IMG/VR virus record: IMGVR_UViG_3300047661_000097
DNA: 64,000 bases
Source of the DNA: an uncultured virus (IMG/VR IMGVR_UViG_3300047661_000097)
Taxonomy: Duplodnaviria; Heunggongvirae; Uroviricota; Caudoviricetes
Reading direction: 5' to 3' (one strand)
Shown: positions 1-9,959 of the stretch, piece by piece
Numbering within the stretch: position 1 is the stretch's first letter
Layout of the letters: each line of letters opens with the position of its first letter
Program-made: the position numbers and the translations under genes
The notes under the pieces: generated by a model
Databases searched by the model: none
What the model was told of the DNA's origin: nothing
What the model saw: only the letters and a program-made list of their open reading frames with translations

Positions 1-1998
1 CTACGGCATCACTTCTGATCCTTCAGATTCCGTTTCGTCTGGTGACTCTGTTTCTGGCTGCGTTTCCGCAGAAGGTTCGGCCGAAGCATCAACAGGTGCC
101 ATTTGTTCAGCTTGTTGTCGCAACTGGCCAAGAGGCTTTGTAGTAGATTGGCCGACAACTGCAACGCCTAATGCTGCTAGCGCAGCTTGAAGTTGAGCTG
201 GCGTTCGTGCCGCCTCCCCAGCCCTTAACGCATTAACTCCATCAACTTTTGTCATTATATTGACAAAAGGAATTGCAGGCATCCGAATTATTGACCGCCA
301 AAAAACACTGCGTAACGAATAGCCATGAACAAAACTGTACCCCGAACCCGTTGCAGCACGAGCACGATCTAAAATATCCGCTGCTTGACGAAGATTTGAA
401 ATTTCATCGTGAGTAAAAGCCTTTCCAAGAATTCCGCTTTGCTCCAAGGCGTTCAGACGATTTACCAAATTCGGGCCCAAAATGCGAGTTTGAATAGGGC
501 TTAATCCTGACGCTTGTTCTGCTGCTGGTGTGCCTTTTGTCGATTTTCTAAAAGCATCAGCGACATCCCGCAGTGCATACCCTTTCGACCAAAGATGATT
601 TGCCTCCACCCAGTTTTCATATAGGGGCGTACCTTTAAGCGCTGTTTCCATGCTTTCGTTCATTGTGCGAATTTCGTTAGAAATAGCATTCCGGGTTGCT
701 GCATCGGCCGTAGAGCGTTGCATCTTTAAAAGCTGCGAACGTACTTTTATATAAGCAGAAAGCGGAGTTCCATTTCCTGAATCGTCAATAATTCCCTCTT
801 TAACAAGAGCATTCCATCGTTCCGGATTTGTTGCCTGAGAAATGCGCGTCCCTCCCCACTGAATTGACCCATCTTTATCAGGTCTGATTTTGCTTAAATC
901 GATGTTTTCGTCGCCAAAAGCAACTCCAAGTTTTTTAGCTTGCGACATAGTTTGTTGCGTAATTTTCGATACGTTTTCAAGACCATCGGGAACAGCAATT
1001 AAAGACTTATCCAACGCAGTATACATTGGCCGCGCTTTGGCAAAAGTGGCATCAGATGCATCTTGTACTGCCTCTCCAGGCTCTTCAGCCATCGTCCCAA
1101 TCATACCGGAAGTCTGTTGCGCTGTTTTACGAATTACGTTTTTGACAGCCGTTTGTTGCGCTTGTGTTACCCTATCAAATTTTTCTGGACTAACTCCCGT
1201 TCTTTTAAGACCTATCTGTTTTCTTCCTGCCGCAGTTTCCGGACGCGCTTCTCCTACAAGCACAGGGACTTTTTCCCCCGCGATCGGAACGTTTACTGGT
1301 CCATATTTTTTAGCAGCCGCTTCACGAACCGCACGAATTCCTTTTTTACCAAGTGCTCCAGATGTCTCTCCCAAACCACTCATCGCAATGGCTTGTCCAA
1401 TACCATACGGTGCCAATTCAGGATTTTCCCGCAACTGTTCTGCGGTCTCACTAAAAATCGTTGGTTTGCCCATTGCAGCTTTAACAGGTGCCGCAACAAC
1501 TCCGCCAACTCCTTGTAAAGTTCCAATTGCCGTTTGAATTGGATGCCGCGGCACGCTGATTGCGCCAGCTCCAACGTTTGCAACATCGCTGGCTAGCATT
1601 TCACCAGTAGTCGCGCCTCGAGGTCGCTGATGAGGCATGGCAAGTGCTTCGGTCGCTCTCAGCGGATGGCGAAGTAAAGCTCGTCCCCATGCTTTGCCAG
1701 ATGGTTCAGCAACAAAAGCCGGACCCGTTTCAATTTTGCGCACTGGATCGGCGCCATAATCTCGGTTGAACCGTTCCTGTTCAGCTGGGTTGACAAAACT
1801 CCACCCTTGCGGCCGTTTTGGCACATTGCTGTAAGACAAACCAACCACTTTTCCTTGCGGCGTTCGTACTTGATACAAACCCTCGCCTTTTGGATTGGCC
1901 GTTAAATCAGGCTTAGCCGAAGGAGCATTTTTTGCAAACCAATCCTCGTTTTTTGCATTTGTCTTTGGCGCGTTTGCTGTAAACCAATCTTGAGCCAT
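1..1998 (-). CDS. Putative internal virion / DNA ejection protein (665 aa)
   Basis: Long Ala/Gly-rich ORF at the distal end of the morphogenesis operon, with N-terminal 'DWF' repeats. Position matches podovirus ejection proteins. Confidence 0.5.
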   Translation of the reverse strand: MAQDWFTANAPKTNAKNEDWFAKNAPSAKPDLTANPKGEGLYQVRTPQGKVVGLSYSNVPKRPQGWSFVNPAEQERFNRDYGADPVRKIETGPAFVAEPSGKAWGRALLRHPLRATEALAMPHQRPRGATTGEMLASDVANVGAGAISVPRHPIQTAIGTLQGVGGVVAAPVKAAMGKPTIFSETAEQLRENPELAPYGIGQAIAMSGLGETSGALGKKGIRAVREAAAKKYGPVNVPIAGEKVPVLVGEARPETAAGRKQIGLKRTGVSPEKFDRVTQAQQTAVKNVIRKTAQQTSGMIGTMAEEPGEAVQDASDATFAKARPMYTALDKSLIAVPDGLENVSKITQQTMSQAKKLGVAFGDENIDLSKIRPDKDGSIQWGGTRISQATNPERWNALVKEGIIDDSGNGTPLSAYIKVRSQLLKMQRSTADAATRNAISNEIRTMNESMETALKGTPLYENWVEANHLWSKGYALRDVADAFRKSTKGTPAAEQASGLSPIQTRILGPNLVNRLNALEQSGILGKAFTHDEISNLRQAADILDRARAATGSGYSFVHGYSLRSVFWRSIIRMPAIPFVNIMTKVDGVNALRAGEAARTPAQLQAALAALGVAVVGQSTTKPLGQLRQQAEQMAPVDASAEPSAETQPETESPDETESEGSEVMP

Positions 1999-3716
1999 TA
2001 CTTCACCACCGCAGCGCCTAAACTCTTGTAGTGATCAACTTGATCCATAGGCACCTGCTTAATCATTCCATTAGGTGCCTTCATTTTTACCATGCCGCTG
2101 TTACCCACGCCGCTACCAACACCGCCCCGGCCGTATTCAGTGTTTAGCCGATCAAGATGCTGTTTTAAAATATTCACTTTTTCATGCGCCAATCCAACCA
2201 TCTGTCTCATTTGTTCGGGGGTTAACGTTACGCCTGATTTCCATCCATCAAAAATATAATTGCCAGTGGCGTCTTGATGAAACGACTTTGCGATCATACG
2301 CTCGTCCAAGTGAGCCGATTGCACAGCTTCATTCCATACTGCTTGGTTAATGCGTGCGCCTTTTTGGCCACCAAGAGTCATACCAATGTGATTAGCTACC
2401 AGCGAAAGCATGGCTTGTTGGTCGCCGCGTAAAGCATTCGCTAAGTTGAGATCCATTGTTTTCATTCTGTCTACGGAAGATTCATAATCCTTTTTCGTAT
2501 CAGAATAATCTTTTGGCGTTTTGAATCCAATTACACGGCCGACTTTAGGCGCATTAGGCACCGCGGCAGAAGTCGCAGGAACCACACCTGCCTTAGAAGT
2601 TGGCGCTGTTGCACGTGGAACACGGCGACGCGCTTCCCCTGGAGTCCTTGGTACTGTATCTGCGGCAGGCGGCGACGCTGCGACTGGCGACGCTGCAGAC
2701 GATGCGCCAGCAGAGGCCGATGGCCCTGCAGCGCCAGGTCTTCCAGCACCAACAGGAACCGACGTATGCGTTTCCGGTACTTGAATGACTTGTCCAGTAT
2801 CTGGATCGACATAATGATAAAAGCCAGTCGTTATTCTCCCCGTTAAAGATGCCGGCGGCACTAAACCGTAATTTCGTGTTCCCGGAATTTCCTGATGCGT
2901 TTTTGCATCTAAATTGACCGAATAGATCTTGCCTTTTGCGTCACGAGCCCACCCCGTTTTTGGCTGCGATTCCTTAGGCGCGATTTTCGCGCCGTTTAGC
3001 ACCTCGTTCGGAATCGGCTCTCCAGTTAAGTATTGCCATTTGCCGCTTTTCACATCCTGCTGAGCCGTCAGCGTTCTGCCGTCCAGCAACGTCAGGGTTT
3101 GTGTCTTAAAACTTTCCGCCGTTGGCTTTGGTTCCGTCACCTTTCCCGTCCGTGCGAATTCCTTCTTCACATCCTCAGGCGGCTGAGCCTCACGCCCCAT
3201 TACTTCCTGGTAATTTGCTGTATATTTTTGCCACGGCGTTTGCTGCGCAACGTATGTCGGTGCCGCTGTCGCCTTCCTTTGCGCCTCCGCCTGTGCTCTC
3301 AGCTGCGCTGGCGTCTGTGGTCCCTGAACCATATATGCCGCTCCGGCTGGTACCTTTTCACCATCAATATCCATGGTCGGTTGGCCAATAACCGGGGGCG
3401 CAACAGCAGTCTGCTTGCCGCCGCCTTTCGTTAAATGCAACAAATGACCAAACTTTTGAAGCGCGCCAGGTTGTTGCGCAAAAAGACCATTTCGGCTTTC
3501 AATTGCCTGTTGCAATGCATACTTAGTTTTTAAATATTCAGGGGTTCCAGGTTTTACCGTCGAAAGCTTCGTCTGCAAATTACCAATATCATTTTGAAGA
3601 TCGCCAAAGTGAGTCTGAAACTCTTCGTCGGAGAGTTCTTTCTTGCGGGCATACCGCTGCTGCGCAAGTTGCGAACCTAGATTCCAACCACCTTGCCATG
3701 CTTCGCCGCTTGCCAT
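1998..3716 (-). CDS. Putative internal virion / DNA ejection protein (572 aa)
   Basis: Long Q/A/P-rich ORF translationally coupled to the next gene. Call rests on synteny. Confidence 0.45.
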   Translation of the reverse strand: MASGEAWQGGWNLGSQLAQQRYARKKELSDEEFQTHFGDLQNDIGNLQTKLSTVKPGTPEYLKTKYALQQAIESRNGLFAQQPGALQKFGHLLHLTKGGGKQTAVAPPVIGQPTMDIDGEKVPAGAAYMVQGPQTPAQLRAQAEAQRKATAAPTYVAQQTPWQKYTANYQEVMGREAQPPEDVKKEFARTGKVTEPKPTAESFKTQTLTLLDGRTLTAQQDVKSGKWQYLTGEPIPNEVLNGAKIAPKESQPKTGWARDAKGKIYSVNLDAKTHQEIPGTRNYGLVPPASLTGRITTGFYHYVDPDTGQVIQVPETHTSVPVGAGRPGAAGPSASAGASSAASPVAASPPAADTVPRTPGEARRRVPRATAPTSKAGVVPATSAAVPNAPKVGRVIGFKTPKDYSDTKKDYESSVDRMKTMDLNLANALRGDQQAMLSLVANHIGMTLGGQKGARINQAVWNEAVQSAHLDERMIAKSFHQDATGNYIFDGWKSGVTLTPEQMRQMVGLAHEKVNILKQHLDRLNTEYGRGGVGSGVGNSGMVKMKAPNGMIKQVPMDQVDHYKSLGAAVVK

Positions 3717-3725
3717 ACATTACTC

Positions 3726-4319
3726 CTACTGGTTATCGCCGCCCGAATAATAACTTTGCAGCCCACTCATAGCGCCTTTGCCTGCTCCAGTCTTAGAAAG
3801 CGCACCGCCAGCGGCACCCAATCCAAACGATGTGGCCGCGCCGACTCCTCCAGAAATAGTGCGCCCCAAAATGCTATTTGACCAATTTTGCGTCTGTTCC
3901 TGCGACAATGTCGCTTGCTGGCCATAAGCTTGCATTCCTTGGCTCAAAAGGCTGCTGCCAGAGCTGGCCAATCCGCTGGCCGAGGTGCCCAGCAGGGAAG
4001 AGATCATACTGTTAACAGAAGACCGCGACTTATCGTCTGAGGTTTGCATAGAAGCATTGCTGCCTCCGCCACGGTTTCCAAACTGCGCTGTTTGCAATTT
4101 GGATTGCTGGCCCTGTCCTTTAACGTTGCTGATCTCCGGACCCAACACCTTGCCAATTTTGGATTGATTTCCACTAAGGATGGAGGACATGAAGTTTGAA
4201 GACTGCGATAGGTTACTCTCGCCCAGATTGGTAGCAAATTTGCCAATCTGGCCAAATTGGTTAATGTCGCCCGACAAAGTCGAATTTGAGCCTCCAAAGA
4301 GGCTTGACCAAAAGCCCAT
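3726..4319 (-). CDS. Gly/Ser-rich pilot/ejection-type protein (start MGFWSSLFGG)
   Basis: GGGGGA RBS precedes the ATG at 4319. G/S/Q-rich with a hydrophobic Gly-Ala C-terminus, as in pilot proteins. Confidence 0.5.
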   Translation of the reverse strand: MGFWSSLFGGSNSTLSGDINQFGQIGKFATNLGESNLSQSSNFMSSILSGNQSKIGKVLGPEISNVKGQGQQSKLQTAQFGNRGGGSNASMQTSDDKSRSSVNSMISSLLGTSASGLASSGSSLLSQGMQAYGQQATLSQEQTQNWSNSILGRTISGGVGAATSFGLGAAGGALSKTGAGKGAMSGLQSYYSGGDNQ

Positions 4320-4344
4320 AAATCCCCCAAGCAAAAACAGAAAT

Positions 4345-4414
4345 AGCCCAGTGGCCACCTCGGGCTCTGAGCCATTGCTTGTTCCCCTGAAGAGAGGAGG
4401 GCATGCTGCTCGAC
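4345..4414 (-). promoter_or_regulatory. Conserved structured late-leader element, copy 1 of 5
   Basis: + strand core GAGCCATTGCTT(G/A)TTC...GGGCATG...CTC(G/A)A shared with 9856, 23716, 25298 and 31171. Confidence 0.75.
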
Positions 4415-4522
4415 AATATATTTCCTGTATAGTTTACCGCTATTGCACAAATACGACTACATGTAAATCAACGTCAAAGCCAAACATAAAACAACGTTTT
4501 CTATCTTTTATATTACCGATAA

Positions 4523-5452
4523 TTAAATCCATACTGCTACTAAAAGACTAGCCCCAGTATAGGTCCAAGAAAGAGTTGTCGAACTGTTAAAAACCTGTAT
4601 TTGAAGAACGCTTTCTGTTGTATTCCACCATGGAGATACTTGAATAAAGGTTGGCTGAGTAGCGTTAGGACCAACAATATAAGCTGATACGACGCTTGTA
4701 GCACTTTCACCTGTTACATGAATCGTACTTGTACTAAGTTGCTCTTGGGGTGACAAAGTTCCATCACCAAACGAAACACTTTGAACAATTGGTGACGAAC
4801 CACCTCCCGTTGCATTAATGGTGACAGTTCCCACACCGCTGGTGGGAGAAATTGTCACATTGGTTCCCGCAACAATCTGTGTAACCACGTTTCCAATATT
4901 CGGAATTAATTCCGCCCAAAAATTTGTGCCATCGTAAACCACCACAGCCACACAGCCTTGCGGAACAGGCATCGATGCCGCACTTAAATTATTATCGTAA
5001 GAAATTGTTCCATTAATCGGCGTTAGCGTTGCTGTACCAGCACCATAATTTAAAATGCTTGTAAACCAAGGTACAGTAATTGCTGGAGAAGACGAACTCA
5101 CGCTTAGCGTTACTGCAATGGCCGAGGCATCATCTAGAATGATGTATTTGCCATAATCCGATTGCACTGTGGTGTAAGCAGTTACTCCTGATTGATCGTT
5201 TACGTAACCAATAGTTGTCGTAGAAGTATTACTGACAACCGTTTCTGAGCCTGATGACGTGCTTGCAGTTGTTGTTGTCGCAGTCGTTGACGTTTTCGTT
5301 GTTGATGTCTGTTGAGACTTTAAAGAAGCAATCGCCTGATTTAAATCAAGGATTCCTTGAAAAGCGTTGCGATGTGCTATCTTCGCCCCTTCACTTTCGT
5401 TGGCAATTTCCGACTCAAATGGATAACGAAACGATTCTAAATTAATTGCCAT
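4523..5452 (-). CDS. Thr/Ser-rich tail/virion protein (start MAINLESF)
   Basis: Beta-rich T/S/V composition and a 'VTQIVAGTNVTISPTSGVGTVTINA' fibre-like motif. Confidence 0.55.
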   Translation of the reverse strand: MAINLESFRYPFESEIANESEGAKIAHRNAFQGILDLNQAIASLKSQQTSTTKTSTTATTTTASTSSGSETVVSNTSTTTIGYVNDQSGVTAYTTVQSDYGKYIILDDASAIAVTLSVSSSSPAITVPWFTSILNYGAGTATLTPINGTISYDNNLSAASMPVPQGCVAVVVYDGTNFWAELIPNIGNVVTQIVAGTNVTISPTSGVGTVTINATGGGSSPIVQSVSFGDGTLSPQEQLSTSTIHVTGESATSVVSAYIVGPNATQPTFIQVSPWWNTTESVLQIQVFNSSTTLSWTYTGASLLVAVWI

Positions 5453-5564
5453 TTTGTTTAGCCTTCCATGCCGTGCATTTAGGACATAAACCGTTTGGAG
5501 GGGGTGTAACCTGTATCGCTCCACAACGTTTGCATCGCCGTTCTGTAACCGTAATTTTTCCCAT
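5442..5564 (-). CDS. 40-aa CxxC...CxxC zinc-finger peptide (not in ORF track)
   Basis: MGKITVTERRCKRCGAIQVTPPPNGLCPKCTAWKAKQNGN. Start overlaps the upstream stop and follows GGAGGA. Confidence 0.5.
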   Translation of the reverse strand: MGKITVTERRCKRCGAIQVTPPPNGLCPKCTAWKAKQNGN

Positions 5565-8500
5565 TATCCTCCACCTCCACTTTCAGCAAAGGGCTGCACT
5601 TCTCTATAAGGCCCTGTCGATTCCCAATCTTTTACTTGCACAACAAAGTCTTCTAAATTGAGTTGAAACTGTATTGTGGAAGTAAACTGAAACCACAACA
5701 GTTTCCATTTGCTCGCGCCGCAGACAAGTTTTAATTTTGTTAGCTCACCGCTAGACGACGGAATTGTAATTGCCGGCGGCCCGTAACTGCCGTTATTTGC
5801 ATCCGCTGCATAGCCGGTTAGCGTAATCGTAGATGTGGATGAATACTCCACGATCAACACCGGTCCCAGCGTCTGCCACCCCTTTCCACCAATCGCTGGC
5901 GTCTGTACGATGGCTGTTCCTGTTTCCGTGCCGCCGCTGGCCAACTGGCGAATGCTTCCATCATTACAACCAACCAGCACGCCCTGCTGGCTTAAGCCTT
6001 CATTTGTTGCGTGGATCGAGGCTGGCCATTCATACACATCCCACACCCAACCCATCGCCTGAATATCAAAAACCAACGTTCGTGGAATACTGGTTGTGTC
6101 GACATAATCGTAGTAAAGATATCCATTTACGATTGAAAATTTTTGTAATTGCGGTTGCGAGTCGTCAGGCGGATAAACTGTTACGCCTTCTCGCGTTATC
6201 GGCTGTGGTACGCTGGTTCCGCCATCTTTATCTTCATGCGGAAAAAGTGACTCTAAATCCGAATCGGTAATAGATTTTGAAGCACCGCCTCCGGGCGAAA
6301 AGTGAATTCCGTCATCCACGCGAAAGAAAATTAGTCCTCCGCCTTCGATCGCTACGCAGCGCGGAATAAACAGTCCGCGGTTGATGCTTGTAGCCTGCAA
6401 GGTCCAAGTTGAACCAGTAGTCCCCGTTACAGTGGCTAAAGCATTAAAAAAGTTGGGCATGATGACCCATGCCCGCCGGATTGAAAACAGCACACCCCGG
6501 CCACCAGACATGGCACCGTTAACCAGAGGCTCGCCAGGATCGGTCACGTCCATTTGGTTGGTATCCGGTGCCGCATCAAGATTCGATCCCGAGCACCAAT
6601 AGAGCGTTCCCGGCCGCAGCGTATCACCCACGCCAAATGTGTAGTTGATGTTGTCCGTAGGGCCAAAAAGATACGGTAAAGGCTGCGCGGCCAGGATCGG
6701 TTCAGCAATTTCATAAGCTAAATCCGTTCCGTCAGGAACGCCAGGAATCGTAATTTCGTTAACAAAACCGTCTGGAACAACAATGCCCTTGTCCTTAAAG
6801 GTCACGGTTCCGCTCACCGTTGTACCGCCAGTAGTGCTAAAGGTCGGGGTTAAGCTGCCAGAAATTCCCGCCGCCGTAACAAGCTGGTAATGGCCATTGG
6901 TATCTTCAATAACCCAGTTCAAAGCATATGCGGTTAAAGCTGCAAAATAACTAGCTGAAGGCCGCGAAATAAACGTATAGGCCAAAGAAGTAGGAGAACC
7001 AATCTTGATAATTGTTCCTGCCAGCCAGCGCGTGTTGAACCCTGTTGCTGTGCCTCCAATTGCTCCCCCGCTAACCCAAGTAATTACGTTACTTGAAACC
7101 GTGCAAATTCCTTTCTGCGGCAAATCGATCGAGGGAAACGGTTCATAGTTGGTGTAAACAAGTAAATCTGTACCAAGTTCCGTGTCTGTTAACGAATCCG
7201 AAACTGGAGTATTAGTTCCACCGCCACCAAGATCATCATTTGGTCCCGTGCAAACGTAAGTAAAATCCGTGATGGATGTGTCAACGCGGTAGTAATCAAC
7301 CTTGTCAACTTGTGGATCGTTAGACCATAGCGATGTAATGGTGTTTGCTTTGACGGGAACAGATTCTGCCGTCGATTCAGGCGACGGATTAGAAGTTGCT
7401 CCCGTTGCGCTGGAGCGATACGTGTAGCGATACTGCACCTCTTCTCTAACCGTATTGCTCAAGGGAAGAACGATCGTCGGCGTAGTTACGCCAGATATCG
7501 TTGATGATGCAGTTGGAGAAACCATTAAAAGAAGAATGCGGCCGGAGTGGTACCAGAAGTCATAGTCGATTTCGATTGAATGAATTCCAGCCGACGCAAA
7601 ATGCAAAATTACAGTCGTAACCGTGCACTGACCGCCTTCGTTATAATAAGTTCCGTTATATTTCAGCGGAGCAACAGGCAAAAGAGCAATGCCGCTTACC
7701 ACTGAAATTGTTTGGCCATAAGAAGAAATTTGCGATTTACTTAACGTAACTGTTCCCGCAGTTGTTTCTTCATTATTGGTCATGTATGTTGCTGTGGCCG
7801 AAACAAAGGTGGGGCTTCCGCCAATGCCCCAGATTGTTTGGTCTTTATTGGTTAAAACAAATTTGTAATATCCCCCTGCTGGAATATAAATACTTCCAGT
7901 CAAACAAAAATTAAAGTTTGTATACGTTGTGCTGGTTGTATAAGTTGACGTTAGGGGTGAAGCAAACACGGCGTTCGAACCAGAAACAACACCCTCCGCA
8001 GTCAGTTGAAACCATTCCATCGGATTATTTATAACGTAGTCGGCAGTTCCGATAGAAATATCCACACCAGGTAGTCCAGGAATTCCGGCGGCAAGAGGCG
8101 GAACGCACGCTGTACCAAACGAGGCATCAAATATAAAAGAATTTCCTGTTGTACTTCCGTCCGCATTAGACGTTGAGCGGGTTGGTCCACTACCGCCAGA
8201 ATCATCTGGGTTTTTCCAGATGTAAGCTCCCACTTGACCTGACGACGGAGAATCTCCCCAATAACTAAGAGACAATGTGCCAAGTGTAGATACTACCAAT
8301 GGCAATGCATTAGTTGTTACTGTCACTGTAATGCTAAAAGATCCAGAGTTATTGCTAAAAGTGTTTCCGGTTGAGTCGATGCCGATTTGCAGCGACACGG
8401 CATTGCTGGGAACAGTAATCTCTATACCTAAATTACCGCCCACGTCCACAATGTTTTTGATATAAAGCGGAGCTTGGCCAGCGGCAATTACATTGCCGTC

Positions 8501-9829
8501 ACCATCCGTAAATGCTCCAATAATGATCGATGGAACCGTCGACGGAGGAGACACGCCGCCAGTCGGTTGCACGTAGTACCCTGGATTAGTTGAGGCCAGC
8601 GCCAGCCCTGCGGCCGTCGGGGTTGTAATTACGTTTCCGTTGATAATCACCGTGTCCGTTGGATCAGGAATGGTAATTGTCACGGTTGTTGCATTTTGCA
8701 CGTTAATTGTGTATGGCGCTGTTCCATCAACAGGAGAGGTAGTATTTGGGTAGCCTTCGGTTTCGCCGTAATCAAAATCCGAGTTTGTTCCCACTGGATA
8801 GTTTGTCCATGGGATTGCCGTTGCATACAACACACCGGTTGTCGTCACACTAGAATTCTCGGTGGAGACAGACGGAGCAAGTTGCGGCTCCTTAATGCCC
8901 ATCTTGTAGCAAACACCATCCGACCGAACCTTCATCATGCCGTTCGACGGAAAATCGTCAGCGGTATGGCCACCTCTGCTATTAGTAATTAAAAATTCTG
9001 TTTTGAGAGTAACGGCTCCTTGTATAGCAGAATCGCCGACATACATCCACGGCTGAACTGAAGTGTTTGGCCGAAAAGGAATCATTGAAACCGGATTGCC
9101 ACTTAATCCTGTCGCTACTACGGTAGTTCCAGAAAACAAAGTAGTATTGACACCGGTTATAAGCACATAACCATTTGATGGCCCGTTTGGCGTAGAATCG
9201 TTTAAACGGCGAATCGTATGTATCGCAGCAGGAGTCGTATAATAAATTGTGACAACAACACTATTAACATATGTCGTTGCTGTTATTCCGCTAAGATTCT
9301 CTACTTCAAATACAGGTGTAAACCCTGCGTTAATAATTGCCGGAGTAACATTCGCTCCCCATATAGAAGTACTGCTCCCAAACGTATATGTTGCGACTGA
9401 AGTCGTTAGCGTAGCTTTATCAACAGTTGCCCCTGTTATTCCAAGTCCAAAAGATAGCGATTGCGATCCAGATGATGCATATGCGTTGCAAGTTATTTCT
9501 ATGCCTGCGATTGTCGCGGTTGTTGGAATTGTTTGCGCGCCAATATTTAAGGATAACGTGCCTGATCCAGAATCGGCGTCTACAGATACTGAAGTGTATA
9601 ATGAGGTTGATGTTGCATTTGCAGGATTAGTCCAATAATCACTGCTGCACGTAATAGTGGGGACAAGACTATAGGGGTTTCCCACAACTTCAATCGCATT
9701 TGTAAGCAAATTGCGAAAGTTGATGCTACCAACAGAATAGGAACGAACATTTTGGGCAATACTTACCGAGCCGCTAAGCATGCGGTTTGGCGGGTGAGTC
9801 AAATCAAGCCCTTTGAAATTGAGCGCCAC
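5564..9829 (-). CDS. Large tail (nozzle/tubular-B-like) protein with inserted beta-sandwich domains
   Basis: About 1420 aa. Likely GTG start at 9829, because the track's ATG lies inside the leader element. C-terminal part resembles podophage nozzle/stabilisation proteins; the centre is PA14-like. Confidence 0.55.
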   Translation of the reverse strand: MALNFKGLDLTHPPNRMLSGSVSIAQNVRSYSVGSINFRNLLTNAIEVVGNPYSLVPTITCSSDYWTNPANATSTSLYTSVSVDADSGSGTLSLNIGAQTIPTTATIAGIEITCNAYASSGSQSLSFGLGITGATVDKATLTTSVATYTFGSSTSIWGANVTPAIINAGFTPVFEVENLSGITATTYVNSVVVTIYYTTPAAIHTIRRLNDSTPNGPSNGYVLITGVNTTLFSGTTVVATGLSGNPVSMIPFRPNTSVQPWMYVGDSAIQGAVTLKTEFLITNSRGGHTADDFPSNGMMKVRSDGVCYKMGIKEPQLAPSVSTENSSVTTTGVLYATAIPWTNYPVGTNSDFDYGETEGYPNTTSPVDGTAPYTINVQNATTVTITIPDPTDTVIINGNVITTPTAAGLALASTNPGYYVQPTGGVSPPSTVPSIIIGAFTDGDGNVIAAGQAPLYIKNIVDVGGNLGIEITVPSNAVSLQIGIDSTGNTFSNNSGSFSITVTVTTNALPLVVSTLGTLSLSYWGDSPSSGQVGAYIWKNPDDSGGSGPTRSTSNADGSTTGNSFIFDASFGTACVPPLAAGIPGLPGVDISIGTADYVINNPMEWFQLTAEGVVSGSNAVFASPLTSTYTTSTTYTNFNFCLTGSIYIPAGGYYKFVLTNKDQTIWGIGGSPTFVSATATYMTNNEETTAGTVTLSKSQISSYGQTISVVSGIALLPVAPLKYNGTYYNEGGQCTVTTVILHFASAGIHSIEIDYDFWYHSGRILLLMVSPTASSTISGVTTPTIVLPLSNTVREEVQYRYTYRSSATGATSNPSPESTAESVPVKANTITSLWSNDPQVDKVDYYRVDTSITDFTYVCTGPNDDLGGGGTNTPVSDSLTDTELGTDLLVYTNYEPFPSIDLPQKGICTVSSNVITWVSGGAIGGTATGFNTRWLAGTIIKIGSPTSLAYTFISRPSASYFAALTAYALNWVIEDTNGHYQLVTAAGISGSLTPTFSTTGGTTVSGTVTFKDKGIVVPDGFVNEITIPGVPDGTDLAYEIAEPILAAQPLPYLFGPTDNINYTFGVGDTLRPGTLYWCSGSNLDAAPDTNQMDVTDPGEPLVNGAMSGGRGVLFSIRRAWVIMPNFFNALATVTGTTGSTWTLQATSINRGLFIPRCVAIEGGGLIFFRVDDGIHFSPGGGASKSITDSDLESLFPHEDKDGGTSVPQPITREGVTVYPPDDSQPQLQKFSIVNGYLYYDYVDTTSIPRTLVFDIQAMGWVWDVYEWPASIHATNEGLSQQGVLVGCNDGSIRQLASGGTETGTAIVQTPAIGGKGWQTLGPVLIVEYSSTSTITLTGYAADANNGSYGPPAITIPSSSGELTKLKLVCGASKWKLLWFQFTSTIQFQLNLEDFVVQVKDWESTGPYREVQPFAESGGGG

Positions 9830-9855
9830 TTTGCCCTTATTTGAAAAAACAGCAA

Positions 9856-9922
9856 TGGCCCAAAACCATTGCTGGTCTTGAGCCATTGCTTGTTCGCCAC
9901 AGGGCGGGGCATGTTGCTCGAC
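9856..9922 (-). promoter_or_regulatory. Conserved structured late-leader element, copy 2 of 5
   Basis: Same core motif and hairpins as the other four copies. Confidence 0.75.
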
Positions 9923-9959
9923 GACTTATTTTACGCTTTTCATTATTTCATATTTGAGC

